Source: Peribolospora baueri (lineage: Eukaryota). Taken from it: a DNA stretch of 64,000 nucleotides. The notes under the pieces were generated by a model. That model worked only from the letters and a program-made list of their open reading frames with translations, did not search any database and had not been told where the DNA came from. The position numbers and the translations under genes were made by a program. Numbering within the stretch: the stretch's first letter is position 1; every line of letters begins with the position of its first letter. Below, piece by piece: positions 36,001-50,000 of this stretch. Location of the stretch: the NCBI GenBank assembly GCA_029717555.1, contig JAMDHS010000061.1, forward strand, positions 62,001 through 126,000, read 5' to 3'.

Positions 36001-37328
36001 CCCAAGTCGCCGTATGCGAGATGCCTCATCCTAGGCATAGCGCTGGCGTCCAATATCGGCGGACAGAGCTCGCCGATCGCGTCGCCGCAAAACTTGATCG
36101 CATTGGAATACATGGTGAGCCCGGTCGCTCGCATCAAACCTTCCTGCGAGCGCCTTGCTTGAACAGGCGGATGTGTGGGGGTGGGGGAGAAGCGTGATGG
36201 AGGACCGACCGTCTGACCGGTTCGAGGCCGGCCATGCCGTGCTTCTGTCTGTCTTGTAGGACCCGCCGCTGGATTGGCTTCAATGGTTCGCCATCGCGCT
36301 TCCCGTTTCGGCCGTCTCCCTCGTCTTGATCTGGCTCCTACTCCTCTGGAGCTACGGCTCGGGCCGAGGCACGACGATCCATCCGATCCGGAAGAGCATC
36401 GACACGTTCACGCCGGTGCAGTACTACATCTCCGCCGTCACCCTTGTCACCATCGCGCTTTGGTGCTTCGAGACGCGCATTGAGTCAGTCGTCGGCGATA
36501 TGGGCATCATCGCCATCATTCCGCTCGTCGCCTTCTTCGGCACGGGCGTGTTGACAAAGGTTCGTCATGCGAAGAGCTGGCAGTCTAGAAGAGTCCCAAC
36601 TCGACTGACTTGACCGACTTTGGGGCGCGGCTCGATTCCGACGTACAGGAGGATTTTAACAATTTCCTCTGGACCATCGTCTTCCTTGCCATGGGCGGCA
36701 TCGCACTCGGCAAGGCCGTACTGTCAAGCGGTCTCCTAGAGAGCATGGATCATGGTGAGGTCTGCTGCCACGAGGGCGATCCGATTCGCGTCCTCTTCCT
36801 TCTCTGCCATCCGGCTCGCTGACCGTGCTCTCCGTGCCTTCCCTCAACCCGGGCTGGCAGTGATCCAATCGCTCGTCCAAGGCATGCCCCTCTGGAAAGT
36901 TCTCGTCATCCTCCTCACCTTCACCCTGGTCGTCGCCACCTTTATCTCGCACACCATTGCCGCCGTCCTCCTCGTACCCATCGCGGCTCAGGTCGGGGAG
37001 AGCCTCGACCACCCTCACCCGCGGCTGCTCATCATGATCACCGCGCTGGCCGCTAGCTCGGCGATGGGACTGCCCGTGTGAGCAGCGATGACGGCCAGGA
37101 TTTCGTTTGCAGTCTGATTCTGACCATCTCGTCTCTCTCTGTCTTCTCGCTTGGCGGGTGACCAGATCGGGCTTCCCCAACATGAACGCCATCTCGATGG
37201 AGAACGAGGTGGGACAGCGGTACCTGTCCGTAGCCGACTTTCTCAAGAACGGCATCCCCGCGTCCGTCGTCGCCACTGTCACAGTCGGCATCATCGGCTC
37301 CGTTATCAGCTTGTGGATCGGGTTGTAA
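33027..37328 (+). CDS. SPX-domain low-affinity phosphate transporter (Pho87/Pho90/Pho91 family)
   Basis: MKFSQSLKFNAVPEW...Y.NLKK, ELKQFIQLNHTGFRKSLKK|YDK, LREQIVWQRNTVWRDMIG, LWATE|VIPLFVTS, LLLGGFTIAAALSK, SMWISNVAAPVLC, LASNIGGQSSPIASPQN, MGGIALGKAV.SSGLL and SGFPNMNAI. Confidence 0.93.
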
Positions 37329-39206
37329 GGGCGGAGAGGAAAGTCGGCGTGCGTGCGGGGCGCCATCGGGTTCGGAGGGGCCAACGATGCTATGGGTGGT
37401 GGCAGTGTGCGGAGGACCGCATCCCGGTATTCACGATCTGCCCAGGTTGAGTGTCAAATCTTTACGTCCGTCTCGCGTCGTCCCGCTTTTCTCGCCTTGG
37501 GAATACATACCCATTCTTCCTCGGCTCCTTGGAGGGAGCCCGACGATGGTGGTAGTCGGTGCTTGGATGACGTCATGACGGCTCCGCGAGCATCTCCTTC
37601 TTTGCAATTTTGGGCGGCAATAGCGACGGCCGCTCCTCTGCCGCTCTCCACCGATCTCGATGGAGAAAGAGAAAATAAGTTAATGAAAGAACGCGTGGCG
37701 AGCCGTCGTCTACCCGCACGTGCTTGCCAAACGGCCGGACGGCAAGAGTGAAAATAAGAGAAAGGAAGAGCGGCGTGAAGACGGCTCTCGGCTTCGCCGC
37801 CGCTCGCGGCCACGGCCTGATGCTGAGCGAGGCTAGACGGGCCGGGCTTATAGACGCGGTTTTAATAAGCTCAATAACCGTGGACGAACGTTGCAGTTGC
37901 AGCGGGCTTACTCCGTCGACGGACGGCGTACTCCACATCGACATCGGTGTGCAAGTCAGAAGAAAGAGGCCGGCACTGCATGCTCGGCCATGTCACAGTG
38001 AGGCTCGGAAGGGTGCCGGTCGCATCCTCCCAGTGGCTTTGAAGGGGAAGCAAAAGAAGATGAGCATAGAGAGGAGACGGAGGGGCGTGCGAAGCGGTCT
38101 AGGTACAAGAAAAAGGGTTCGAAGAAGTGAGCGGATCGAGCGAGGGCTCAGCCTGGGCGAAGGGGTCTGGACACTGCGAACGGGAGACCATCCAGAGCGG
38201 GCGCGAAACAGGCATTGACTTGCAAACTCTATCTGTCCATGTATGGATTGCGAACGCACCCGTTGGTTTCGTTCCAGGCTGTCTGTATGTGTTCCGTCAC
38301 TTCTTTCTTACGTGAAACCGACCGAAAGGCGTAGGCCAGAGCACGTTTAAGAGCATTGGGTGGCGGAGGAGAGTGCTGGGAGAGGAGAGGAAAGCGAGGC
38401 GCTGGACGACGTTGGGCGGCGTAGGTATGAAACGTGCGGCGGTCCGTGCGTCGACGGACGTGTCTTAATGAGGTGGTTGGTGGTCCGGGCGCGGCGCTTC
38501 TGAGCGAGTCGCCTGAATGACATTATTGTTTTCCAGCCTTTCCCTCGTCGCACGAGACTCGGTCCACCTCTCTATTATCGGCGTCGTCGTCGTTGTCGTC
38601 GTCGCCCATTCCACCCGCACCCACCACCCACATAACCCCCTCTCACCCGGTGGAGCCGCTTAACGCCGGCCGTGTCTGGTATCGTCGCGTCGCCCCGAGG
38701 AGGGAGCCGTGGCCCACGGAGGCCCGGATAGATGGCTTGCCGCAGCAGGCGTCGCCGCCGCCGCCGCCGCCGCGCCGCCGCCTGTCGAGTCGAGGCGAGG
38801 CGAGGCGAGGCGAGAGGCGGCTGGCTGCTGGCTGGCGGGCGGGCGGAGCGAATGTCGACGGCGCCGTTTCTCTTTGACTCCATCCATATCGCATTCTACC
38901 AACACCAACACCATCGTCAACACCAACACCATCACCATCACCGGCCGTCGTCACCACCCTGCTCCCTTCGCATTCCCCATCCATCCCCTCTCGTACACCC
39001 CCGCTGCCCGCCTCTGCTCCCCGCTCCCCCGTCCCTCCCCGCCCGGCATCGCCCGTCCACCGTACACGATCGCTCTCGGCACCCTCCATCCTCACCCGGT
39101 CGCCGACGCAGACGAGACTCGACTGCCTTGTGGGCCCTCTTGACCCGACATCCCTCTCGTCCCCTCACAAACGTCCGCCAAGCTGTTCAAATCACTGCGC
39201 GCCGCC

Positions 39207-41318
39207 ATGGGCCAAGCGGCCTCCAAGAAGGGCAAGACGAAATCGCGAGAAAACATCGACGATGACGCCTCTGTCTCCACCGGGGCGCCCCCCGCTTCTT
39301 CCGCTGCTTCCTACGACGCGGACGGCGCCCCTTTCGCCGCTTCCTCTTCTCAGCCCCCCTTCGCATCTGCACCCTCGTCCGCGCATGGAGCCAAGGACAG
39401 GCTCTCGTCGCCCATCCCCGTCCAGGGCGGCAACGGCAACGGCAACGGCAACGGCCCTGGCCCTGGCCCCCCCGGCGCGAGCGGCAGTCGGATCGAGAAG
39501 AAGGGCGGTCTGAGCAGACACGAGAGCCCGCTGCCGTCCCCCTCGAGCTCGTCCGCGGACAGGGCCGACAACGACGCCAGTCTGGGCAGGAACAATCATC
39601 TCAACGGCTCATCTGCCGCCGCCGCCGCCGCCGCCGCTCCTCGCTCCTCCTCCGGCCCCCTCTCCCCGCCGCCGAGGCTCATCCGCAGAGACTCGGCACA
39701 GACGCAGGACAGCATCACATCCTCTCCCTCCTCCCCCTCCACCACCGGCGAGATCCAGCCGCTGCCCAACATCCCCACCACACATACCATCCTCGCCAAC
39801 CCGCTTCACATCCCTGGTGGGCCTAATTCCGCCGGCCTCGGCGGGTTCGGCTACGGCACTGGCGCCCTGGGCTCCCCCAACGCATCCGGTTTCCCCACTT
39901 CATTGACCGCTGGAGGAGGCGGAGGCGGCACCGACAAGGTCCGGACGTTCGACATCGACGACATGATCCACCGCCTCCTCGAAGCCGGCTACACCGGCAA
40001 GGCGACCAAGTCGATCGTCCTCAAAAATGCCGAGATCACGGCCATCTGCCAGGCCGCCAGGGAGGTGTTCCTCTCCCAACCTACCCTCATCGAGCTCAGC
40101 CCGCCGGTCAAGATCGTCGGCGACACCCATGGACAGTACCCTGACCTCATCCGTCTCTTCGAGATGTGCGGCTTCCCCCCCGCCGCCAACTACCTCTTCC
40201 TCGGCGACTATGTGGACCGCGGAAAGCAGAGCTTGGAGACCATCCTCCTTCTCCTTTGTTACAAGATCAAGTACCCTGAGAATTTTTTCCTCCTCCGCGG
40301 AAATCATGAGTGCGCCAATGTCACTCGAGGTGGGTGAATGCGTGGCCACGTCCCCGTCCTGCCTTGTCTTTCTCTCGTCCTAGCGTACGCGTCGAACTAA
40401 AGCCCCCCTTCCGGTTTGGCTTGTCTTTTCTTTTCGCCAGTCTACGGCTTCTATGACGAATGCAAGCGGAGAGCGAACATTAAGATCTGGAAGACGTTCA
40501 TCGACGTCTTCAACACGCTCCCCATAGCCGCCGTCGTAGCCTCCAAGATCTTCTGTGTCCACGGTGGCCTCTCGCCTTCCCTCTCCACCATGGACGACAT
40601 CCGCCGCATCGAGCGACCGACGGACGTGCCCGACTACGGCCTCCTCAACGACCTCCTCTGGTCCGACCCCTCCGACACCGCCATCGACTGGGAGGACAAC
40701 GAGCGTGGAGTGAGCTACTGCTTCGGCAAAGCTGTCATACAGCAGTTCCTCGCCCAGTACGACTTTGACCTCATCTGTCGCGCCCACATGGTCGTCGAGG
40801 ACGGGTACGAGTTCTGGAACGAGCGCACGCTCGTCACCATCTTCAGCGCGCCGAATTATTGCGGAGAGTTGTGAGTCGCCGTCGTCATCGGTTCCTTTTC
40901 GGTTCGGGCTCGTGATCCGCTTCACGCTCAACGGCCTTTCCTTCCCACACCTCGCTCGCAGCGACAACTTTGGCGCGGTGATGAGCGTATCGGAGGACTT
41001 GCTGTGTGCTTTCGAGCTGCTGAAGGTGCGTGGTCGACCTTCCTCTTCGTCTCTTTGGTCCCATCGGGCCGGAAGCGCACCTGACCGCGTTAGCTTCGCC
41101 TTGTGTTCACTCACGTAGCCCCTGGACGGGCCGGCGCTGAAAAAGGAGATGGCCAAGACGAAGCGGCGAAGGTGAGTCCTGTTCCTCAAGGTCTTGCAAT
41201 CATGCGATGGCGGGCGAACTGCTGCTTGGGGTACGCGCGCTGACCAGTCCACAATTCGTCTTTCAGTATGATGGCCGCCCAACAAATGCAGTCTCCGCCT
41301 CCCAGCGCAGGCTATTAG
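39207..41318 (+). CDS. PPZ1: PPZ-type Ser/Thr protein phosphatase (PP1-related) with a disordered, probably myristoylated N-terminus
   Basis: MGQAASK start. Motifs [83 protein letters not shown] and [12 protein letters not shown] at 41316-41318. Confidence 0.93.
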
Positions 41319-43456
41319 GCTCTCTCCCTCTCCCACATATAGGCTCGATGCGGTTCGCTCCGCTCGGCCTGTCGGTTGAGAGTTGATGATGGTGACGCCT
41401 CGCTGAGCCGGCGTTGGTGTTTGGGAGGCAGGTGAAATGGAGAGTTGTCGGATATGCGTCGCGTGAAGGAGCGCTCAAAATCGACGAGGGCGTCTAAGCG
41501 GTAGCGCAGGTGGAAGGACGACGGCCTTGGTTACGCCGTGCGGAGGCGAGGAGCGACGAGAGGTCGAGGGAGGGGGTAAGGGAAGACAGGTGGCGTTGGG
41601 AGCAAAGAAGGCTCGTGGAGGTTCTTCCTTCGCTTGGGGATCAAGCTAGCCACGCCTTTTTGCTCCTTCTTTCTCGATTTCACTGTTTGTGCCATCTCCG
41701 ACCATGCGCTTCCCTGCGCTCCGTCAAGCTATTCGTCGACCCGGCCAATCGTCTCCGCTCGCTGAGCACCGACCCGCCTCGACGCCACCGCTCGTTCGTC
41801 CGCTATTTGCTGGCGCCACCGCTGTATGCCGCAGTTCCCGCCCGAGTCTAACCGTCGGACAAGCTCGCCACATCGACCCTGCTCACTCGCATCTTCCATC
41901 GCTACGTCCTATTCGCCCCGCGCGCGGTTGTCCGGTCGCGGCCCCTCTTTTGTCCCCTCCTCGCGTGCTAGCATAGTCCGCCTTCCGAGGTCCCATCTCT
42001 TGTTCGACCCCTCCATGCGCCTCATCGTCGTCGTTGTGCACCAGACTGCAACGCCATCCTCGATCCCGTTTCGCGGCCAGGCTCGTCGGACGTCCCGTGT
42101 ACGCCTTTCCCGGGCATTTCTTCTTCCCCTTCTTACGTTTTTGGCCGGTATCTCGGGTTTTCGGTTCTGGTTGGTCACCTGCTGTACATCTGGGTCAGGC
42201 ACTCTACCGACTCGCCGTACATTTTCCCCACCTCGCCTCACCTCTCCATCTCCATCTCCTTCTTGTGTTTCTTTCTTAAACCCGATTTCCTTAAAGAACG
42301 TTTGTTTCCCCATCGATCTTTACTCCTCTTGCCTTCCTTTTTCCTGTCATCCCATTTCTTTTTTTTTCTAAGGTCTTGTCACTGCTCGGTATGCCTCTTT
42401 CACCTGTTTTTCAGATTCCTTCCTTTCCATTCCTTTCTTTCCCCTTTTCTCCGTCCGTGTGCGCTATTTTCCTTCTTTCCTTTCTCTCCCTCCCTCGCTT
42501 CGTCTCGTCGGCTACCCTCTACACCTATATGCTTCGCTCGCTCATTCAGCCTTTCCTCCACCCCCCCCCCTCTCTCTCTCGCGGGGGGCCGCGTCGCGTC
42601 GCGTCTGCGCGTCGGTTGCCCCGCGGCTTTGGTCCCTCGGCATTGTTCGTGCCTGCAACGCAGAAAAGCATTGATCCGCGCAAATCGCTCCGGGACTGTG
42701 CGTGCGACTCGAGGAGGACACTTGGGGGCGAACGAATATGCTGCCTTCGAGTCGCGTGCCGTGCCGCTCTACAACGACCGACGACAGGGGCGGATCCGAT
42801 CCGTTCCGTTTTGGTCGGAACTGACGTTTGACCCGAAGGCGAGAGCAGAGGAGGGAGAAGGAAAAGGAAGAGGGACTGGCTAATGGGTTCGAAGGACGTC
42901 TTACGACCGGTCGTGGTGTACATACATGTGACGGACGGATGTTGGTTGGCCTTCTTTCCTTCCTTCCTTCGCCTCCGTCCCTCGCTGAGCAGCTGGGCTG
43001 GAAGGTTCCATACCCGCGAGCCACGCCCCGTCCTCTGATCAGGTCTGGCCCCGCGCCGCGCCGCGTCGAGTGCATGACAAGCAAAAAGAGAGAGAAAGAG
43101 AAAGAGAAAGAGAAAGGTACGGCAGGGCCGACAACGCCTGCGATCGCATTTTTTCCGTAACCGTCGGCCCGACCGTCCTCCGACGCCGCCGGGTCGAGCT
43201 GGTACACACCCAAACCCGGTACAGTACCGGCTGTACCAATGGAAATTGCATTGGTACAGAAAGTCCCGGACGGAGTTTCCCAGTCCAGCACTCGTCGGGT
43301 GGGTGACGAGCGGTACGAGGTGAGGTGGCTCGGACGGTTTCTGTTTGTCTCTTTTCCTGTCCTCCCTTTCTAGCACTTTGGCCAGTGTCGCACACAAGTC
43401 TCTCGTATGGACGGACGGTCCGCCTTCCGTATCGAAGCCGGAGCCTATCACGTCCC

Positions 43457-44085
43457 TTATCGACCGCCCGACGTACTTGAGGAAGAGCGAGAAGAAGAGC
43501 CTCCGGCGAGGAGGATGTTTCCCTGCTGTAACTTGAGCTGGCGTTGACCTTGGGAGATGAGCATCTTGATTCTCTCCTAAAAGCGTTGCGTGCGTGCGTG
43601 CGTGCAAGGGCACGAGTGAGCGACGGCGAACGTGATGACCTAGAAGCGGAGCGTTCACAACAACAAACTCTAGTCCTCGTTATATTCACTCACCGTGTTC
43701 GTCTCCCGACGGTTGCGCTCAAAATCGTCCCTGTACCATGCGATCGTCTCCTTTCGCGCTTGTGGATTCGGGATGCCTGGTTGGCGCCAAGGAGAGAGAA
43801 ACAACAAGTTTCGGCATCAGAAGCGAATGCTCCTGAAACAAGAGAAAGGACCTTTCCTGTACGGCTGAAGAGAGCTCGCCTGAACCGTGTCGTTCAGCCG
43901 GCCTCACCTCTCGTTGAGCGGATCAGCCGCCGGTACAAAGACAGGGCGCGTGCCTTGAGGAGAAACTGCCCGCGAGAGAGAGCAAAGAAAATACCAGTAT
44001 GACGCCTTAAGGACGCTCCATAGGAAGTCGTTTGTCTCCCTCTTTTTTCGCAGAAACTCACATGCTCCAGCGTCAACACCGCCAT
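43457..44085 (-). CDS. LYR-motif mitochondrial protein (LYRM2-like), 4 exons
   Basis: Spliced MAVLTLEH|FLLKARALSLYRRLIRSTR|GIPNPQARKETIAWYRDDFERNRRETNT|ERIKMLISQGQRQLK...GGR*, with canonical GT-AG sites. Confidence 0.85.
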
Positions 44086-44242
44086 CTCGAGCTCGTCGAT
44101 GCGATGATGATAGAGGTGAGGAACCATGGTCCGGATGGCATTCTTAATCATCCATCTCCGCTTAACGCCGTCCCGATCCGTGCACGGTCCCCGTTTCACC
44201 ACCTCTACCATGTAGAGCAACCAACGATGACCAACGGACGCC

Positions 44243-45884
44243 ATGTCCACCTCGCGGGCCTCTTCAGAGCGCCCGAGACCGGTCTCGCGAGATTCTTCGG
44301 CAGCTTCCCTCTCTCCCACTCCTTCACGGCAATTCGACGGCTACCTCAAGCTCCCAAAGCGGAAGCGGGCCGAGGTGCACGCGCACTCTGATCTCTTGCG
44401 ATCACTTGAGCTCGAATCTGTCGCCGACTTGGGAGTTCAGATTGCTCGCGAGGCGAGGATCGGAGCGAATGCTGATGGCGATGAAGGTTGCGCCAGAAGC
44501 GACGTTGCTGGAGGATCGCAGGGCGGTGAGGGAACGCGTTCACCGTCTCCTTCTCGATCACGTCCCCCACCGCTCAAGCGCAGGCGGAAAGGGCAAGGCC
44601 CACTCCATCGGCTGTATGAGCGGTTTTACCAATGGCCCCTCAGGCTTCACGAGGTTCCGATGTCGGAGTGGACGATAGCGGAAGAGATCGAGGCGTTGAC
44701 GGAGAGGCGATGGAGGGAAAGGAAAGGAACTAGGATCGCACTGTGGGGGAACGGTGAGGCCGAGCGGGATTCCCAGACTGAGGATGAACGTGTGGTCGAG
44801 GGCACAGATGATGACACGTCTGAGGAGGAGGAAGAGGAGGAGAATGAGGAGGAATACTCCGGGTCAGAGGAGTCCTCTTCTTCAAGAAGCTCTCCTAGGG
44901 CCATTTATGAAGAGGATAGCCGGGCACAACTGTCTGCATCGGGTTTCAACCATTTACAAGCATCAGACCCAGCTGCAGGCACACATTCATCGATCCGATC
45001 CCCTTCGGATACCTCCTCATCTTCTGCCCCGGACGACCTCATTCTACCCCCCGCAGCACTCGTGCAGCCCATCGTGCTATCCAGTGTGCATCTTCTGGAA
45101 AGCACTCTCGCCAGCCTTGCCTTCCGAGGTCGTCTCAGTATCGAAGGCTTCAAAAAGAGGGACCAAGAGAGGAGGAAGCTCGGTTGGAGGGACGTCATGG
45201 GCGCCGTGGGCGCACTGGTCGGTCGACATTTGGACAAAGGAGTCGGTGGAGTGGATAATCAGGTGTTCGATAACGTCCTTGCCAGACTGGAATCCATTTA
45301 CGGCCCATCATCAACGCAAGAAGACAGCGTTCCTGCTCCCATGCCCAGCGAGCTCGTTCCTCCTCTCGATGCCTTTGTGGAACCGATGACGACCATCCCC
45401 GGAAGGAGAGGGACGGAAGAGATGGCCCATTCGGGAAGGACTGCCGATCGTGGGTCCATTATCTTTTCTTTCTTCTCTGTTTCTCTTTCTTTATTCGCTC
45501 CCCAATGCTCGCTGCGTGGGCTGACCTTGTTTGCACTACGAAACAGACCGCCATCGGCTGTCCATCGTTGCCTCTGCGCTCCGCAAACGCGACGCTTTCT
45601 TCTCCGTCCAATCTCCCTCCGATGACGAGGACGAGACATCGAGCGTATCCGACTCCATGGCCTCCCAATCCCTTCAAAATCGAGGGCGAAAGAGGAAACA
45701 AGGTAGAAGCCGAAGCCAGACGGGCACGAGCCCCGCCAGATCTGAGAGTGCACGACCCGTCAAGCCCCGCGGAGGGGCGAGGAGGTGGGACCTAATGGAG
45801 AATAGCGCGACAAGGGCGAGGAGGCTTCTGGAGGACGCTTTGTTGGACGGAATTGCGCTCACAGATGAGGTCGTTGGTGCGTAG
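44243..45884 (+). CDS. Nuclear hypothetical protein, possibly Rrn9-like (Pol I upstream activation factor); intron ~45450-45547
   Basis: Long ORF with NLS-like PKRKR/KRRRK, FYQWPL..EVP, an acidic tract, LGWRDVMGA and VLARLESIYG. The in-frame splice continues to TAG at 45884. The Rrn9 resemblance is from memory. Confidence 0.6.
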
Positions 45885-47012
45885 CGAGGCCTCGCATTTT
45901 TTCTTCCTCGCGCTCATTATCCAACCCTTATTTGGACATTACGCAGCGTCCCTTGATCTCGCACCTCCGGAGATTCGGCAAATGGAGGAGTCACGTTCAA
46001 AACGCCGAAGGCGAGATGCACGACGTAATCAAATGGCTCCACCAAGGCCGGGAAGCGCTGAGGAGTCAGACTTGGTGGACGCGAGGCTGGAGAGTTGAGT
46101 GGGGACGAGGGCGGATAAGGAGAGGAACACCTCAATGTCGGATGTCGATGTCTATCGAGGAGGGGACATGTTCAAGCGGCAGGGGAGGAGGGCCGGGGGC
46201 GGGGCTCTGGCTTGACGGCGGCGATAGCACACACTTGTGTTAACTTGTGTACGATAAGTAGATAGTACGCAGCGCCACCAGCGAAGGTGCTCCGCTGCTC
46301 CGCGACTCTCGACGACAAATACCACGACTCGATATTGCATTCCATCGCATGCGCCCGGATATACGACAAACATTATAAGTCGCGTAAATTCATTCAAGAT
46401 CATGTACTTTTTCGGGACCGCGCGTGGAACGTTATCACAACGATAATACGATCCAGGCAGACAAACGAGGGAAGATGACGACAACGTCAATCTCAGCATT
46501 GGATTTCGTTTCGATCATTGCGTACTTCGGTCAGGGGCTGAGGCGAGTATACCGACACGAGAGCATGGACAGAACTGAAGGGACCGGACCATCGACGATA
46601 GATGGAGTCGGAATGGGAAGCGGAGGAGTGGATGGGAGAGGGGAAAGGCGAAAGGGGGAACGGGAGGGACGAGAGCTGAGCCAACTGAGTCGAGCGGTGA
46701 AAGTGAATGGGCGGGCAGATTAAGTGGACGGACAGGAGGGAGCGCTCGAGATTCGTGATGTGATGTCAGGTGGCGTGGGCGAGCGTATCTAGCTCGGCTA
46801 ACGGAGTCGCACCGAGCCGCTAATTGAAAGCGTTTGGACAAAAGACAGACGAACGAGACGGGAGGAGGAATGGAGACGGAAATGTACAGGAGGAAAGACA
46901 AAAAAGAAACAAAACCTAGTCGTTGCCGTTGAGTCGCTCTTGAAAACCTCCCGGCTCTTTGCTGTATGGTGTCCTTGTGCCTCCGTGAAGCGTCGGCCCG
47001 GACATGGGCACC

Positions 47013-50000
47013 TTATTGCGTAGGCCCGCCGCCTTGAGCCCTTTGCAAGAGCGCCATGAGATTGACGTTAGGCACGCCGGGCCCGCCGGCGGCCGGAGGA
47101 ATGCCACCTGGCCCACCGCCCGGTCCGCCGCCGTGCAGGCCTATGAGGTGCTGCAGGTGAGGTGGCAGAGGAACGCCAACGCCTGGCGGACCTCCTGGAC
47201 CGCCCGCACTGCCCAGGCCACCGAAAGAACTCTGCTGTGCGAGGCCCCCACCAAAGTCAGGCATGTTCTGTACCGGCTGCTGCGGATGGTTCATCGGGTG
47301 CTGTTGCTGCTGCCCCGGCCCCACGAGTCCTCCGCCGGAACCTTGCTGACCTGGCAGCTGGCCCTGTATCACCATTTGTTGTTGCTGCCTGATCATGTTG
47401 AGCTGCTGCTGAAGGTGAGGTGGGATCGGACCGCCGCCGCCGACAACCGGGCCTCCCAATCCAGGCCCCGGAGCGCCTGGAGGAGGACGTGAGAAAGGCG
47501 GAAAGTTGGAACCGGGCGGCAGTCCGCCGGCGGGGACGCTCATAGGTGGCATACCGGGCGCTGGACTGGACCGGGGAGGCAGTGCACCAACGGGCAGACC
47601 GCGAAGATGAGGCGGGAGCATGTCCGGATGAGGAGGCGGCGGACCTCCGAAGGGCGAGTGGAGCGGACCAGGCGGCGGCGGGCCGTCACGCGAAGCGAAG
47701 CGAGGTCCTTGAGTATGCGCAGATGGCGGCCCCGAAGCGGGCCCGAGCCTTGGGACAGGAGATGGAAGCCGTCCTAGAGACAGGCTCGGAGCTGACATGG
47801 GAGGCATCTCTTGGGGCCGGCCCATAGGGTGCTGCAGCAGGTTTGCGAGATTCACGCCGGGTCCGGATGGCACCTGTTGCTGCTGAAGGTGGAAGGATGT
47901 GTGGTTCTGTAGAGGTGGCTGGCTGCTGGGAGGTGTGGTGGTGAGCGGTAGCATTTGTGAATGAGGCCCTTGATGGGCGCCCATGAGACGTTGATGGGGA
48001 GGGGGGACAGTCTGGGAAAGCGGAGGGCCGCTCCACGAAATGGCATGGCTAGACCCTAGAGAAGGAGAAGGCGTGTGCGCAGCCGGCTGTTCCAAAATGG
48101 AAGCACCGCTAAAGGATGGGTGCGAAGGGTGACCTTGAGTGGGTTGGGGCGCGACGACGGGTGGAGGTGAGGAAGAAGCAGCGGGAAGCTGGGGCGAATC
48201 GTGAGGTGTGATGCGCGCCTGCGAGCTTTGCAACATGGCCATAATCTTTTGCATGCTGGCCACGTCAGCCGGCGGGACGTTCTGCTGCCTGCTCTCTTGC
48301 GCGGCTCGCTGAGTTTCCTGGTCCGGTTCGGCCTGCACGGGCCGCTCGGCGTTCTTGAATAGCTCGGCAACGTTCACACCGCTGCTGGCTGACCTCTCGG
48401 CAACGGACGCATCGGTCGAAGGAACCGGCATACCCATGGCGGCAAGCGCTGCCGCTTGCGCCTCACGGGGTTTGCCCTCGAAAAACTTGGCGAAACGGCT
48501 CGAGCGGACCTGCGCGCCGCCGGAGGATGCGGAACGGGCATCGCCGGCGTCAGGTGCGGCTTGTCTGCTTTCAGCGGTAGGTGAGCGGTCGGCAGCAGGC
48601 TCTTGCGAGGCTGACGCTTTCCGTGGCGAGCCGACCGCACCGTTCTCAAGCAGAGACAACGAGTTCATCTCTTGCTCTGTCTGCCGAAGTTTGTCGTCTG
48701 CGAGTGCCGCGTCGGACGCCTGATCGCCGCTAAGACCAGCCATGAGACGCGAACGGGGCTTGGGTTCGAGACCAGGCGGAGGCCCCTGTATCACCGACGC
48801 CGACGCCTTGACGGCCCCTTCTGAGCCCTCGCTCGCCGACAATCGACTCGTTCTCGCCTCTGCCTCGGCCTTTTCCTTCTCTTGACGCTCCTTTTCGCGC
48901 ATTTGAGCCTTGAACGCCTGGATGCTGTCAACATGACCGCCCTCGCTGCCCAAGCCAGGCGGTGCTCCTCCCATGGCACCGTCGCGTCGGCCGCTTTTCG
49001 GTTCATCAAGGAAAGACTTGCGGGCGCTACCGGAAGAGTCAGGTTCGTAGTCCATCCAAGCGGGAGCGCCAGACGGCGAAGTTTGGTCGTCGTCCATCCA
49101 CGCCGGGGCGTTCCGTCGACGGTCGCGATCGCGCTCGCCTTCCAAGTCTCCGCGTTCGCGCAGACCCGCGCTCCTGGGCTCGCGGTCCAAGCGACCAGTT
49201 ACGCTGGGTCGCCTCCAATCATCCGACATGCTCCCGTTGATGGACCGACGTTCCCTTTCTCGTTCTCCGTCCAGTCGACGCTCGCCCCTCTCGTTCTTGT
49301 CGCGATCCCGATCGCCCTTCGTCGACGTCGCCCCATCCCTTATCCTGCTGCCTCGTTCCTTTTCCCTCTCTTTGCCATTCTCGGACACTCCCACTTCGTC
49401 CCCGGCAATCCTTCTAGCTCTCTCCCTCAGTCTGTCCCTGCCCCCAAAGCGGTCCAGGTCCTTCTCCTTTTCCCTTTCCTTCCCGCCGCCTACGCGGTCG
49501 CGGGCCCGTTCTCTTTCCCGGTCACGGTCACGGTCGCTGAAACCTGACGGACGCGCAGGAAGACTTGTCGGACCAGGGCGGTAGCTGTCGCCGCGCGAGA
49601 AGCGGCCGGACTCGGCGCCATCATACTGACCAGACAGATGAGGCGCCACGTCACGGTCGCGATCCTTGTCCCGCTCGCGACCATATGACGGCAGGTGGTC
49701 GAACTGACATGGCGCGACCGTGGATAAAAGCACTTTAGCACTCCAGAAACAAATTTGCGGACAATGATCCAGAGCTACGTACGTTTCTGCGCTCATCGGT
49801 TCCTCGGAAGTCTTCATCAGTAGGGTCCGAACTCGCAGGACGGAACGCACCAGCGGACACTTGACCGAACGGGTTCTTCCCAGACGGAGCGAAGCGCCGC
49901 GAGCCATCTGGAGAGCCCGAAGCGCCTATGTCAGATTGAGCAGACATGGAAGGTGAGGCTGTGAACAGACAGGTTGCGCTCACCGTTGAAACGCATGGGA

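Noticed and set aside
43259..43275. GAAAGTCCCGG as the RNase MRP/P conserved region I
   Set aside because: No matching downstream CR-V/P4 partner strand could be found.
46152..46499. 115-aa ORF in a more AT-rich patch
   Set aside because: No real ATG context or recognisable domain; lies in the 3' regions of convergent genes.
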